DNA of 64,000 nt, from NCBI GenBank assembly GCA_046563655.1, contig CM102286.1, positions 124,001 through 188,000 on the forward strand. Direction: 5' to 3'. This document shows positions 24,501-37,206 of this stretch, in pieces. Source of the DNA: Yuukianura sp. NJ FZ-2021. Taxonomy: Eukaryota. The first letter of the stretch is position 1, and the number at the start of each line of letters is the position of its first letter. A model generated the notes under the pieces. The model saw only the letters and a program-made list of their open reading frames with translations. It was not told where the DNA came from and made no database searches. The translations under genes and the position numbers were made by a program.

Positions 24501-26958
24501 AAAATGAGCAAGGACAAGAAAACGGAAGTGGTAGGTTCAAAATTCAAAATTTTAAAAACCGAAATTTTAAAAACTATTTTTTCAAAAACTAGATTTCAGA
24601 AATCCTTGACATCATCGGCCTCACAGGCTGCAAGGACACAAAAACGTCGAGTCTTTCCGGTGGACAGCGCAAGCGTCTCGCCATTGCTCTCGAACTCATC
24701 AACAATCCGCCAATCATGTTCTTCGACGAACCCACAAGGTAAACCAACTTTCTAAAAATTTCAACAAATATCATTTTGGAAACTTTGTTTTTGAACTTTT
24801 TTTTTTTGAAATTTTAGTGGTCTAGACAGCGTGACTTGCTACAGTTGCGTTACTCTGCTCAAAGCGTTGGCCGAAGGCGGTCGCACCATCATTTGCACCA
24901 TCCATCAGCCGTCTGCCAGGATTTTCGAGCAGTTCGACTCCCTCTATCTCCTGGCTGCCGGAAAATGTTTGTACCGTGGACCGGTTCGGAGTGTCGTTCC
25001 ATTCCTCGCCAGACAAGGACTCAACTGTCCAGCATACCACAATCCAGCTGACTTCGGTAGGTCAAAGGTCAACTCAAGAGGTCAAAGCTCAATTTCACCT
25101 GGAAACAGGCAAATTAGACGGAATTGAGGCTATCCCTACAATTGTGGAGTTTGATAGTGACGATTTCCACTTATCTTTCCTTATCACATCGACATTCACA
25201 TTCATAATTTAGCAAAAGTGCAAAGGTCAAAGTTTCAACTCAAGTTCCAAATCGCTCAGCACGCGGAAACAATTTGGAACACAAATTCCAAATTAGTCAC
25301 AAAAATGTTTACTTTTGCCTTTTGACTTTTGGAATTTGCAAAATCAAATGAAATTGAACTTGATATCTTTTCTTTTAATGAAAGTTTTATAATTTTAACA
25401 TGATTCTTTTTTTTTGCAGCAATTGAAGTAGCTAGTGGTGACTATGGTGAGCACTGGATTCCTATTCTGGCTAAAGCGACTGCGCTGAGTTCAGACTCGG
25501 ACTCGAGTGGGCTGGACAATGACTACAGCGAAGGGAACTCCAGTCACGGCTCAGAGGTCGGAGGGCATTCATATGCCGTCACACGCACAAATGGGACAGG
25601 AGACAAAGATGCCACTGTGCTAAATCTCCTACCGACACAAGGCAGTGCAACATATTTGCAGCAAGACGATGACAGCAGGAGCGGAGTATTCTGGAATCAG
25701 TTCACCACGCTCCTCAAGCGATCATTCCTCTGCGTCTCAAGGGACATGGTAACTTCTAATACTTTCCAAATATTCATCATTTTCACAATTCTAATCTCGC
25801 AATTCCAAATTCCAACTTTAATTGGCACTTAAAGTGAACTCAATTTCTAAATTGGCTAATTGTTGCCACATGGAATGCTGGTTTCTGCAATGACAAACCG
25901 TATTTATGTTGAAATGATCATCAAAATTGTAATTTGAAATTCATGATTTTTGTAGATGTTGACGCACTTACGTTTTGCTTCTACGATTTTGGTTGGACTT
26001 TTGATTGGAGCGATTTACCATGACGCTGGAAACGACGCTTCCAAGACATTCAACAATGGAGGGAACCTCTTCTTCGGACTCCTCTTCATCGTCTTCTCAT
26101 CCATGATGACCACTGTCCTCACATGTAATTCAATTACTCAATTACTCTGTAATTACTTAATTACTTTCCTCCTTAATTACAATTACTTTTGAATTCAGTC
26201 CCCCTGGAACGCGGTGTTCTTGTGCGAGAGCACTTGAACTGTTGGTACTCTCTCAAAGCTTACTACTTGGCCAGAACGATTGCAGACTTCCCGTTCCAGG
26301 TACTAAAACAAACTCAAAATTAATCGCAATTAACTTTAAATTCAGTTTAACATTTTATAATTTCCATTTAGTTGTTCTTCCCCACTCTGTACATCCTCAT
26401 CACGTACTTCATGACGGACCAACCACTGGAGTTGTTTCGATTTGGAATTGTGTGTATCATGGCCATCCTCATCGGACTCGTCGCTCAATCCATCGGACTC
26501 CTCATCGGAGCAGCATGCTCAGTCACTGTAGATTACAAATCAATTAATCTACTATGTTAATTATATTAATTAATTATTTTACATTAATCATTTGTTTTTG
26601 CGCCTTACAGAGTTCCGTGTTCATTGGTCCGATCAGTACAATTCCAATTTTCCTGTTCAGTGGTTTCTTCGTGACTTTGAACACTGTTCCAGCGTACATC
26701 CGGTGGGTGTCTGCCATCAGCTACGCCAAGTACGCCTTCCAGTCCACTCTCACGGCAGTCTATGGCTTCAACCGAGCAGACCTCAAGTGCACGCAGGTCT
26801 TCTGTCTCTTCAAAACTCCAGCCAAGTTCCTGGAACAACTGGACTGCGAAGACATCGACGTCGTCCTCCACATGGTCATACTCACAGTACTCCTCCTCGT
26901 ATGTCGCCTCTGTGCCTACTGGGCACTCAGGTTCAAAATCATGTCAGAACGACGATAG
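21505..26958 (+). CDS. ABC transporter subfamily G half-transporter (ABCG1/4-like)
   Basis: Walker A GPSGAGKST (split by an intron), CYIMQDD, signature LSGGQRKRL, Walker [38 protein letters not shown] and a C-terminal TM domain. First exon is ambiguous (21505 or 22553). Confidence 0.93.
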
Positions 26959-27395
26959 AACTCCCCTAGACCCTCTGACTCATGACTCATGAGTCACTTT
27001 GACTCACGACTCAAAACTTGTCACAACGGATAGAGTCTACAAACAAGTACTGCGACAAAATTCCAACATGGTGTTCACACATTTCAAAATTTGGTTGGAT
27101 TAGTCCACTTGTGCCATTTTCCACAATTCGGCCGCATCTTTCACAAATCTTGCCATCGAAGTAGGAAATCTACGTTTCACACGTTTACAAACGTTTTTAA
27201 AACGTTTAAATTTTAGAATGTGAGAACACCGTGTATACGTTTAATCGAGATACTTTTTGTAATTAATATTCCAACTACTTTTGCCATTTAAACCCTGTCG
27301 ATTCTTAATTCTTATCTTCATGAAAATCAAATAAAAAGAACTAGAGAAGGAAGCGTTTAGAATCAAATGTATTTGCATAAAAATAATTCTGAAAT

Positions 27396-28806
27396 CTATT
27401 TGACCTTGAGTGGTTTATAGTTGGGCGTGTGTGGTCCAGTACTTTCATAAGCATAGTAGTCCATTGGATGCCCTTCGCACTTCCTTCTGAGCCCATTGCC
27501 CTCTGACCCCCAAACTGCTTCATAAGGAGTGAGAATGGGCACTTTGAAGGCACTTCCCCAGTCGATGCTTAGACGAGGACAGGCGAACTGCACCCAAACA
27601 TCAACAGTATTTCCAAACAAGTTCAGTTTGGCTGGGCTGATTTCTGACATGAGCACAATAAAAACTTGGAATCCCTTCTGCACAAGATGAGTGTAGACAT
27701 GTTCCACTGGAATAACGTTTCCTTGTCGTCCTAGAGTGCCCAGAATGATTCCGATCGTCAGTTGACCTTTGACCTCTCCATTTCCAGGTCTTGACAACAA
27801 GCAATCCACAGCACTTTGTCTTGCTTCACTGAGTGCTTCATGGTCAAACTTCTCGTGTGTCATTGTCTTGTTGTAAGGGTCATACCTAAAGTAAATATTG
27901 AGATTACTAATTAAGTAATTGAAAAATTTTAATTTTTTGTCGCAATCGATTGACTTACCTGTACGCTTCTAATGCAGGATTGGCCATCATTATTGCTTCT
28001 AAGTGAAATCGACCATCTCCAACGTAAACTATCAAATTGTCTGTGACTTTGGGCGCAGTACATCCAAGTATTTCTCCACCAGAGAGAGGTTTACATCTAG
28101 GAATTGTGATTTGATACTTGCAGTTGGAGGTTGAAGGTTCAGATTCAATTGATTCCTTGATAGAAGGGAGACTCATGGCGAATTGAATTGTTGACACGAG
28201 AGCCACACTCAGATTGTTGTTCTGACAAACGTATTCCTCTTCTGAACAAATTCGAATCTGTTTGGTCGAAGTGACATCGTTTCTTTTGATTTGTGTGTTG
28301 AGGAGAGTCCGGATTGAATCGACTGCATGCTCAACGTCGAATTTGATCGTGACGAAAATGTAGATGGTGTCTACCAGGTTGGCAACAGAAGTTGGGACAA
28401 GGCAACTGTGTCCATAGTGAACCAGCAAGTCGGCTCCTAACATGTGAGCTGTAAAATCGTCCACACAACAAGCTCCGTATGTAATATCTCCCATGAGAAT
28501 CGTGTCCACGCCGGTATAACTCCGAAGCACATCAGCAATTCCAGTGGCGAAAACTAACAAACCTAAATCATGAAACACAGGAAATATTAATGTTTTGTCA
28601 AGACTAATCGATCAACGTTTGATACCTTCTGGCATTTGGAGAGCCACTGTTGAGCAGCTTTTCATCCTTTGGATTCTCCAGACTGTTTTTGGAATTTCAA
28701 ATTCATAGTTAGAAGGTAGCAATCGTTCGCAGAGTTCTCGAAGTACTGGATCCTTCTCCAGCTCCTTGATTTGATTGGCAGGGGTAGGTTTACTGGATTT
28801 CTTCAT
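27396..28806 (-). CDS. DPH1: Diphthamide biosynthesis protein 1
   Basis: [89 protein letters not shown]; three coding exons. Confidence 0.96.
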
Positions 28807-29468
28807 TTCCACCTTGATGAAAACTCTGAGAATTTTTAACATCAATTAAAAATTATATCTACAAAGTCATTCTTAGGAATATTGGCTCTCCTTAACCATT
28901 TTTAGTTAATAGACTCATTCTTAGTCAACGATTTGATTTAAAACTGGTTTGACTTACGTATTCTTCTTTGTTGTTTATTCTGAACGATACTCGTTTCTTC
29001 TCTTCACCTAAACTCACGTGGCTTTACCTCTGGACGATAAAAACCGGATTCATCAGAGGATTAGTGTAACCGATGTACTCAAGGTATTCTCAGATTGCCC
29101 CCGTTCTACATCCCAATTTTGGCGCCAAAATAAAACTTTGCCTAATTTTCAAAATTTTGAATGTTGTTGTTGTTGATGTTTTTTCTGCCTTTTTTTCTCT
29201 CTCGATTTCCCGTGCAGTTCTGTTCTGTACAAAAATTATTGTCGGGGAAGCACTGGAACCCCGAGCTTAATTCAATTCTTGTTCAATTTGCTACTTCATC
29301 AGCATCACTGGAAAACAAGAACAGTGTTGGATAATACAACGTCACTTTTATTGTTGGATCTCACGGTCGGGTCAGGTAATGATCACTTCATACGATGCAA
29401 CAAACAGTTTAACAACGCCCACTGTTTAGGTTATCTCTTTTTGCAATAGTGGCCCGATACCCAGCGTC

Positions 29469-31610
29469 ATGAGTGCTGCAACAGCGGAAGAACCAACATC
29501 CGGCACTCTCCAATCTGAGTATGGGGATCCCCGAACAGTGGAAGTTACAGAGGCGGACCCAAAGGTCAAGTGCTGCTTCTGCGGCAGAGCAGAGGTCAAT
29601 CCCACAGAGTGGGGAGTCATGCTCAAGTTGGACACTATCGTCGCACATCATTTCTGCTTGGTAACTTATTCCCACCCTTTTCTATAACTTAAGCACTCAA
29701 AATTCACGTAATTCTAAAAGTTAGTTTCAGTTTCAGTTATTGATTTGTTTTTGAATTTGTAGCTGTTTTCCGCCGTCCTGGAGCAACATGGAGAAGACAA
29801 TGAAGGGATGTTCGCCTTCCTTCCGGCTGACATCAAAAAAGAAATGCATCGAGGAAGGAGACTGGTAATGTGTGAAACGTTTTACCATCGCTTCCTTCCT
29901 TTATACAACTTAGACTGATGATAACATCAAATAAAAATAATATGATATAAAAAGTTTTGTTTTTGAATTGTTGTTATTAGAGATGCAAGTTTTGCAAGAA
30001 GACTGGTGCTACGATTGGGTGTGCCATAAAACAATGTCCTCAGAGCTACCACTACCCCTGTGGCTACGAACATAAATCTTCTTTCCAATTTCATGACCAG
30101 TTCACTTCCTACTGTGTCAAACACAAGAAAACGCAGGTTATTCCAGAAGGAACGAGTCGTGAATGTCCGATTTGCATGTCGGAAGTAGACGATGAGCAAA
30201 TGGCTGATGCTGTGTGGCCTCCTTGTTGCGGAAAGCAAATGTTCCATCGTCGCTGTATTATGGTAAATACTAACCATTTATTGCTTTATACTAAAAATAT
30301 AAAATATATAATATAATATTAGTAAATGTCAGAAAGTAATGTTTAGGCTACTGCAAAAGCTGCTGGATATTTCTTCAAGTGTCCACTGTGCAATTCCAAA
30401 GATCATGTGTTCATCAATGCCATGAAGGAAAACGGAGTGTTCGTTCCCGAGCAGTAAGATTATTCAACTATTGTTGTTCGAAGAGCGAAGTTGATTTGTT
30501 TTTGTTTTTAACAGAGATGCAGCTTGGGAGAGGGAACCCAACGCTTTCCAAGAACTTCTGACTAGTTACTCCCGCTGCGACGCTTTAAAGTGCCTTTGTC
30601 CCGAAGGACGTGAATTCACTCCAAAGACTGAAGAATCAGGAGCAACGTACGACCTTACCCCAAATAATGCTAGCCAATCTTGCTTCTAAAATAATTACTC
30701 ATTCTTTTTTTGTCTCTAGAAGGTGGGAATTACTCCGATGTCACTATTGCGCATCTTCTGCAACGCACTTGGGGTGCTCCAAAATCAAAAGGTCAAAATG
30801 GAAGTGCACGGGATGTCGGAATTTGTTCAAAAAGCCTGTTGCCCAGGAAACAGTACGGAGGAAGCCTGTTGTTGAGGAAGTCACGAGGAAGTCAGTTGTA
30901 GTGGAAGAAGTCACGAGGAAGCCTGTTGTCCAGGAAGAAGTCACGAGGAAGCCTGTTGTCCAGGAAGAAGTCACGAGGAAGCCTGTTGTCCAGGAAGAAG
31001 TCACGAGGAAGCCTGTTGTCCAGGAAGAAGTCACGAGGAAGCCACTTGTCCAGGAAACAGTAAAGACGAAGCCGGTTGTCCAGGAAACGATAACGAAGAA
31101 GTCAGTTGTCCAGGAAGAAGTCGCGAAGAAGCCAGTTGTGCAGGAAACGGTAGCGAGGAAGTCAGTTTTGCAGGAGAAAGTGAGCAGATTGTGTGATCTC
31201 GTGGACTTGGGTGACAGTGGAGACGAGGCGGAGGAGATGAAGCCTGACATTGTGATTGATAAAGTGATCTCGAGTCCGGACATTTTGATTGACAAAGTGA
31301 TTCCGGGTGTAAAGAGGGATTCCGGCAAATCCGCTGCCTTCCGGGCTCTACTTCAACGTCCTGGACGCTTCTCTACCTCAAGTGGATCTTCCACTGTTCT
31401 CAGACGGATCCAGTTAGACAGGATGCGCAGGAGAAGTCAAAGTAGTGCCACAAGTCCACCGGAGATCATCTGCTTAGATGATGATGATGACACTGGGAAT
31501 ATCATGAAAGGTACACAGAGTCCAATTAACTTAATTACTTTGATTAATTGTCATTCAGTTGTTCATTTGTTCCAGAACATTCTCAGAACTGCAAGCGGCT
31601 TCGACTCTGA
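29469..31610 (+). CDS. G2E3/PHF7/pineapple-eye-like ePHD-RING-PHD protein (no HECT domain seen)
   Basis: CCFC..HHFCLLFS, RCKFCKKTGATIGC..C..SYHYPC, CPIC..PCC..FHRRC, GYFFKCPLCN, DAAWEREPNAFQEL..RCDALKCLCPEGR, CHYCASSATHLGC..WKCTGC; low-complexity tail. Confidence 0.9.
30832..31175 (+). repeat. 30-bp coding tandem repeat (KPVVQEEVTR), about 11 units
   Basis: AAGCCTGTTGTCCAGGAAGAAGTCACGAGG repeated, with several perfect central copies. Confidence 0.95.
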
Positions 31611-32259
31611 ATCATCATCATCAGTCTCTTTCAAGTCATCAGTCATCATGATCAGTGCCTGCCAATGAGTGACGTTGTGGGCGTAGATAAACTCAAATTG
31701 CCCTGCCTTTCATAAGAATACAATACGAATGTTATATAAAGTAGAAGCTAAGTCCTATTTCCACAGAATATTTATATAAAAACTTAAATTTGTATACTTA
31801 ATTACTAATTATACACTGCCAATGTTGTTTCCTTTTTCCAAGTAATCGAGTGTAGTTTTATGAACTGTGCAATAATACATACATGTACACGTACATGTAT
31901 ATAATCTATGTATAATTTGTAGTAGTTACTCCAAAACGAATTGTTTCGTAGGTAGCTAACTCCTGTGACATCTCTAATATTTGTTGTAACTATTTCCGTA
32001 TTGACATTTGTTGCACATTTATAAATTGAAATGTATTGCCTTGTGGCTGCTTACATTCGAACATGAACGTTGTCTCAATGAAATGTTGTTTGTCGGTGAC
32101 AAGAACGTTTTAGACTCATTTATTCCATGAAGGTTAATGCGGGGAGTAACTACAATTACTTCTACTGTTGTTGGTGACTAATGAGCACTTTGCTTGAAGT
32201 TACATTCCCAACTACTACATTGAAGATTTACATGTTGTTGGTGAGGAGACTGGTTAGTT

Positions 32260-32598
32260 TTATTCTGGTTTCTCCAGTGTTCTGTAGTTGTCCATGTGAG
32301 TCAGAATCCAGGCTGGAGTGGCGAGGATCATGCATGCGATCAGCACTCCCGCAGCCATCTTCTCCTAAAACGACAATCAAACGAACTTTAGTCACACATA
32401 CTTGTAACTATACACTTTCACTAATTGTGGACATTAAATTAAGCAGTAAGAAGGTGTGATTGTTACCGGAAAGGGAATTCGGTTGCGAGGCATGCCTGAG
32501 ATGACGTTGCTTGACTGTTGAGGGTACATGGTGCGCATGGGCACTTTGGTCAGAACTGACCTCACAAGGACCTTCCGAGACACAATCCCACCAATCAT
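32260..32598 (-). CDS. COX8: Cytochrome c oxidase subunit 8 (absent from the ORF track)
   Basis: Exons 32598-32467 and 32364-32260: MIGGIVSRKVLVRSVLTKVPMRTMYPQQSSNVISGMPRNRIPFP/EKMAAGVLIACMILATPAWILTHMDNYRTLEKPE*. Basic transit peptide, single TM and the PAW..H...Y motif. Confidence 0.85.
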
Positions 32599-33176
32599 CT
32601 TGATTCCTAACGATTATACGACAAAGTACAAAGTTATTGAGAATTAACCCTGCAAGTAAGTAAAATACACAATATTTAGTTTTAGTATTTCAATTACTTG
32701 AGTTTTTGAAAATCCGGAGAACGAAGCAATAGACGGGGCAGCGACAGACGAAGGAGCGAAGTAATCGGCGAGTTCTGCTAAAAATTCAGTTCAGAATTCG
32801 ATCTAAAAATGTTGATCTCTTTTTAGCAGAAGATGATCATGTGTTGTTCTTATTTTGAAATTCAAAATTTGAATTTCTAAAAATTCAAAAGTTTCAAAAA
32901 CCGCCACACCAGGACTTTGTTCTAAACTGGCGCCAGATGGCGCGCATTGTCAGGATTTGAATTGAAAGTGACGCTTCCCTTTCCATCTCCCAAAAAAAGA
33001 GAAAGCACTTTCTCCAAACTCTTTCCTTTGAACATTGCACTTTACTCTTTCCATTATTCTTCCGAATAACAACAGTTGAAAACAATAAGTTAGACAAATT
33101 TAACAACAAAAAGCAACAAGAGTTAATTAAACCAGTGTCAATTGAGTTAGTTAATTAATCGTTGGCTGATTTAGTT

Positions 33177-34991
33177 CTACTCAAAGATGATCTTGACAAT
33201 TTCTCTCCAGCCAACCCTCCCCCTGTCGCCTACTTTTTCTTGAATCCTCTTCCGCACTTTGACACTTTCCTTGAAAACAACGTTTGTAAAAAGATTCTCC
33301 AGTTTCTTCACTCGACATTTGAACCTCTCTCCACACCGCTCCGCCCTTTCGAAAATAGCCACTTTGGAATGCATCTCGGCTGGCCAGAGAGAAGTCAAAA
33401 GCCACGCTGCAGGGCGAACCAGACTCGGAACAGTTCGGTGGACGAGGTCACCCGTCTGACACACAAAAGTGTCCAGGCATTCGTTCAGTTGAGCTGGAGG
33501 GACATTGGACAGCCCCTGGGGCAAGTGAGACACTATGGAATTCATCGTTTCCTAAAAAAAAATAAGTGACCAAGTGAAATTGGAATCCATATCGCTTCTA
33601 TCTAGGAAGCACTCTAACCCTTGAACTATCAGGCTCTTTTTTTTTTACAAACTCTCGCTAAAGGGACTAGGAGTGTTTCGAAACGACACATTTCCCGTCA
33701 AAATTTCATAATTTCTTAAGATTTTTTTTTTTTAAATGTGTACCTCGAAAATTGACCTTTGACCTTGAAGTGACCTTCTCCTGCGCCCTCCAGGAATTGT
33801 GATGACTGGAACTGGAATGAGGAGGAGCAGAAGTAGAGGAAGGAGCGGAAGAAGAAGCAGAAGTGGCAAGAGGGGGAGCAGAATGGGAGAAAGCGCGAGG
33901 AGACCGAGGCCCTTAAGGGCTTTCACTGCTTTGACCCCTTTGACCCCCTTGAGGCCCTTAAGTCCTCCCAAGCCCAGCAGACCAATCAACTCCTTGTAGT
34001 CATGACCTCCACCTCCACCACCATCATCTCCGTAGTCAGAGTAGCCGCCAGATGAGCCCTGAAACAAGAAAAAAGATTATGGATTAGAGTGGATTACTAT
34101 GGATTAACTATGGATTATTGTGGATTAGTGGATTGATGGAAGGAACTGTGGAATGGGGGCATTCCTTTGAATGTGCATGTAAAAAGAAAGTCTTTGTTCC
34201 TTATTTTGCACAGTAGAATTTCAAAGGAATCAAAGCGAGTGGAGCAGACTTACAATCAACTTCCGAATCACGACTAATCTAAATTAGACTCAAAAGCAGC
34301 AGGGAGTTTCAAGTCTACATTTCAAACAATGCAAAACTAACTACAATCATCAAAAAAAAAAGGAACTCATCTTTTCAAAAAAAAAATTTTTAATTCTAGC
34401 TCAATTTTAAGATTTTCCAGCAAATTTTCATTCGATCATTCGATAAGAAAATTTAAGAACAGCCATAAATCATCCTTTCAGAATTTTGAGAATAATTCTC
34501 AAAATTCATAAAAATCTTCAAATTGAGCTAAAATTATTTTAGCTCAATTTGAAGATTTTTATAAAAATTTTGATTTTTGTAAAAAATTTGATAATCACCA
34601 TGACGATTGGTGGAATTGCGTAGTGCGAAGGGACTCCATATCCACCGTGCATCATGACGGGTCCAGGACTTCCGTAGGACGACTGTGGTGGGGCGGCGTA
34701 GACTGGTGCTGGCCCCACCGGAGCAGCATAGGACCCACCCGATTGTTGCCCCACCGGTGGGGCCAAATATTGCCCTTGGCCAGCGCTGGGCCCAGGCGGA
34801 GTGTATTCTCTCGCTTGTCTCCGGAAACTGCCGAATCCTTTCCCTGTCCCATTGCTGTCACTTGCACTGTCCACACTGCCGTAGAGCGAGTTGGCCTCAA
34901 CTGCTTCTGAGAATGCTGCCAAGTATGCTGTGGATGCTGCCAAGTATGCAGCACATGCTGCCAAGTACACAGGGACAGTCACAAGGCCCAT
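33177..34991 (-). CDS. Uncharacterised secreted/membrane protein (Gly/Pro/Tyr-rich region, Leu/Pro hydrophobic stretch, RRRRS, four-Cys C-terminal region)
   Basis: Three phase-0 exons ~34991-34599, ~34058-33744, ~33551-33177. Hydrophobic N-terminus, YAAP motifs, furin-type RRRR, CLDTFVC motif reminiscent of arthropod DM4/DM12-type proteins. Confidence 0.7.
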
Positions 34992-34994
34992 CGT

Positions 34995-35042
34995 GGACTG
35001 AACTGACTTTGGGACAGGGTGGGCCCTTGGCTTTTTATAGCC
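34995..35042 (-). promoter_or_regulatory. TATA box plus Inr core promoter
   Basis: CTATAAAAA about 30 bp upstream of TCAGTT, followed closely by the ATG at 34991. Confidence 0.7.
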
Positions 35043-35514
35043 TCCTGCTGCCTTGGGAACTTCAAAAGTCGAGTCATCTTTGCTATTAATAGAGTCCAAT
35101 TTGAGGAGCCACGACGCTGGTGGGGCCATCGAACCGAGGACCCACTGACACCCTTTCTTTCTTCAGGAATCAAAGTAGCCAAATGGAGTTGTTCCACTTC
35201 CGACTTCCTCCGATCCAAGGATCGAATCCCAGTCGGGCCATTTTCTTTAATTCCGCCTAATCAATGTCACTTTGTCCAAGTCATTTGTCTACTCAAAATA
35301 CACATTAAAGTCTCCTCACAGTCCAATTTCTAAACATCCCTCCTTCAAATCCAACTAAATTGCCCACTTTCCACAAAATCCTAAAATTTTATGCTCAATT
35401 TCAGTTTTTATGAATTTTTAACAATTTGATTCTTACTCTACTCTTGAATCAGTGCAAAGCCAACAACTTTCTCTCAAGTTTCAATCTCAACTTCAAAAAT
35501 CTTTTTTTAAAAAA

Positions 35515-35785
35515 AACTTTGAAACAAGGTTCCTATTGCAACGAAATAGTTTTCCTCCTACAGGTTAGGCAATAACTCCTGTTTTCGAAAAATCTCACCC
35601 CAAACAATTTTTTCCTCCAATTCTCTGCCAATCCCATTTGATTACATATAAACCATTACCATGTGGAGGCGGAGGCAATGAACGAAGAAGCTAATTTCTT
35701 AACAAAATTTAAAAAGTTCTAACCTATTGCCTAACCTGTTGAAGAAAAAACTTTTTTCTTGTTGAGGAACCTTGCCTTGAAACTT
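35515..35785. mobile_element. Degenerate MITE-like inverted repeat
   Basis: CAAGGTTCCT...ACAGGTTAGGCAATA (35525-35574) is mirrored by TATTGCCTAACCTGT...AGGAACCTTG (35725-35774). Confidence 0.5.
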
Positions 35786-36949
35786 CTTTCGAAAAAAAAC
35801 CCACTTTTCTCAAAATAGCAAAGTACTATAAAAACAATTTTAATGAAAATATTTTTAAAAGTAAGTAATGGATAGGAATTAACCAATTTTTGATGGTTTT
35901 GAAAACAAGAAAGGCGTGATGCATGAATCGTAAAAGTTGAAAGTGTGACAAGTGGAGAAGGTGAAGAGTGGCGTAACGACGGGATCTGAAGAAAGCGAGA
36001 TTTGAAAATTGGCGCTAAAAAGAGAAAGGATTGTTCGTGGGAAGTGATTGGCTATGCCATTGTTACAACTTCCATTGTGTCTTGAACTTCAACTCTAAAA
36101 CTTGGACTTTAAATTGAAAGACGGAGGATTTGAAAAAGGCGGGAGGATTTGAAATTTGAAATTGGCGCTTAGATTTGATTTGTGACGTTGAGAAAAGTGG
36201 ACAATGGAGAGATGGATTTCAGAGAATGATGATTTGGTAAAAATAGGAAAAGTGCAGAGTCAAGGTGGTTGCTCTCATTTTGTTGGTGGCTGGCGGGAAA
36301 ATTCAAAAAAGGCGCTAAAAGGAGAGAGTGGTCAAATTAGAAGATTCCCGTGATTAATCTTAGCTTTTAGCTCCACTCCCTCCACTTTCTGTTCCAAATT
36401 CAACCGACCTTAATTATTCAAATTTCAATCTAGCCAGCGGGAAAAGTCCAAATTTAAACTTCCGAATCAAAAAAATTTCCCTCTTAAAAAAACAGACGCA
36501 AGAGCGGATTTCACTAAACTTTCTCCACTTTTTCTAAATTTTTTTTCTAAAGTTCTTTGAATTCTTTGAATTGAGTTTTTGAAAAATTGAGTAAAGTCGT
36601 TTGATTCTAATTTGGGAACAATGGATTTAGCATTTAAGTTGGGGATTGACCGTCACGCTTCCTTGACATCCAACTTCCAAGTCACTCCTAATTCAATTTT
36701 CATGCAATTGGGAACTGGGCCACTCTAAAACTCAGAATCTCAGAAAAGTGAGCCACAGCTACTTAATTGCTCAATTGACACCAACAAATGGCGGATTAAT
36801 TGATGAGATTAAGTTGTGGCTCAAGTGAAAGTCAAGAGACACGGTGATTGATGAGTTACGCTCTCTGCATCCCCTATTTTGGTCCAATTCTAATTGCAGA
36901 ACCATTTAAGTCCCTTGTCACCTCAATACTCAACCAACTCATCAATTAA

Positions 36950-37206
36950 ACACGGATTTCAGACGGATTCTGAGCAATAGTCAGCCCCATCTGACACGGA
37001 TTCTGAGGCGTAGTCACCTCAATTAAACGTAGAAATCAGACTGATTCTGAGGAATAGTCACCTCCTTCAGACAGATTCAGGCGGATTCTGAGTAATAGTC
37101 ACCCCATCAGACAGATTCCGATGATTTCTGAGGAATAGTCACCCCATCAGACAAATTCGGACGCCTTCTGAGGAATGGTCACCTCCTTCCGAGACAGACG
37201 CTTCTG
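36950..37206. repeat. Non-coding ~42-bp minisatellite, about 6 units
   Basis: Consensus TCAGACAGATTCAGACGGATTCTGAGGAATAGTCACCCCA repeated head to tail. Confidence 0.9.

Noticed and set aside
36950..37206. Regular repeats that might look like a CRISPR array
   Set aside because: Head-to-tail degenerate units without unique spacers, no cas genes, eukaryotic context.
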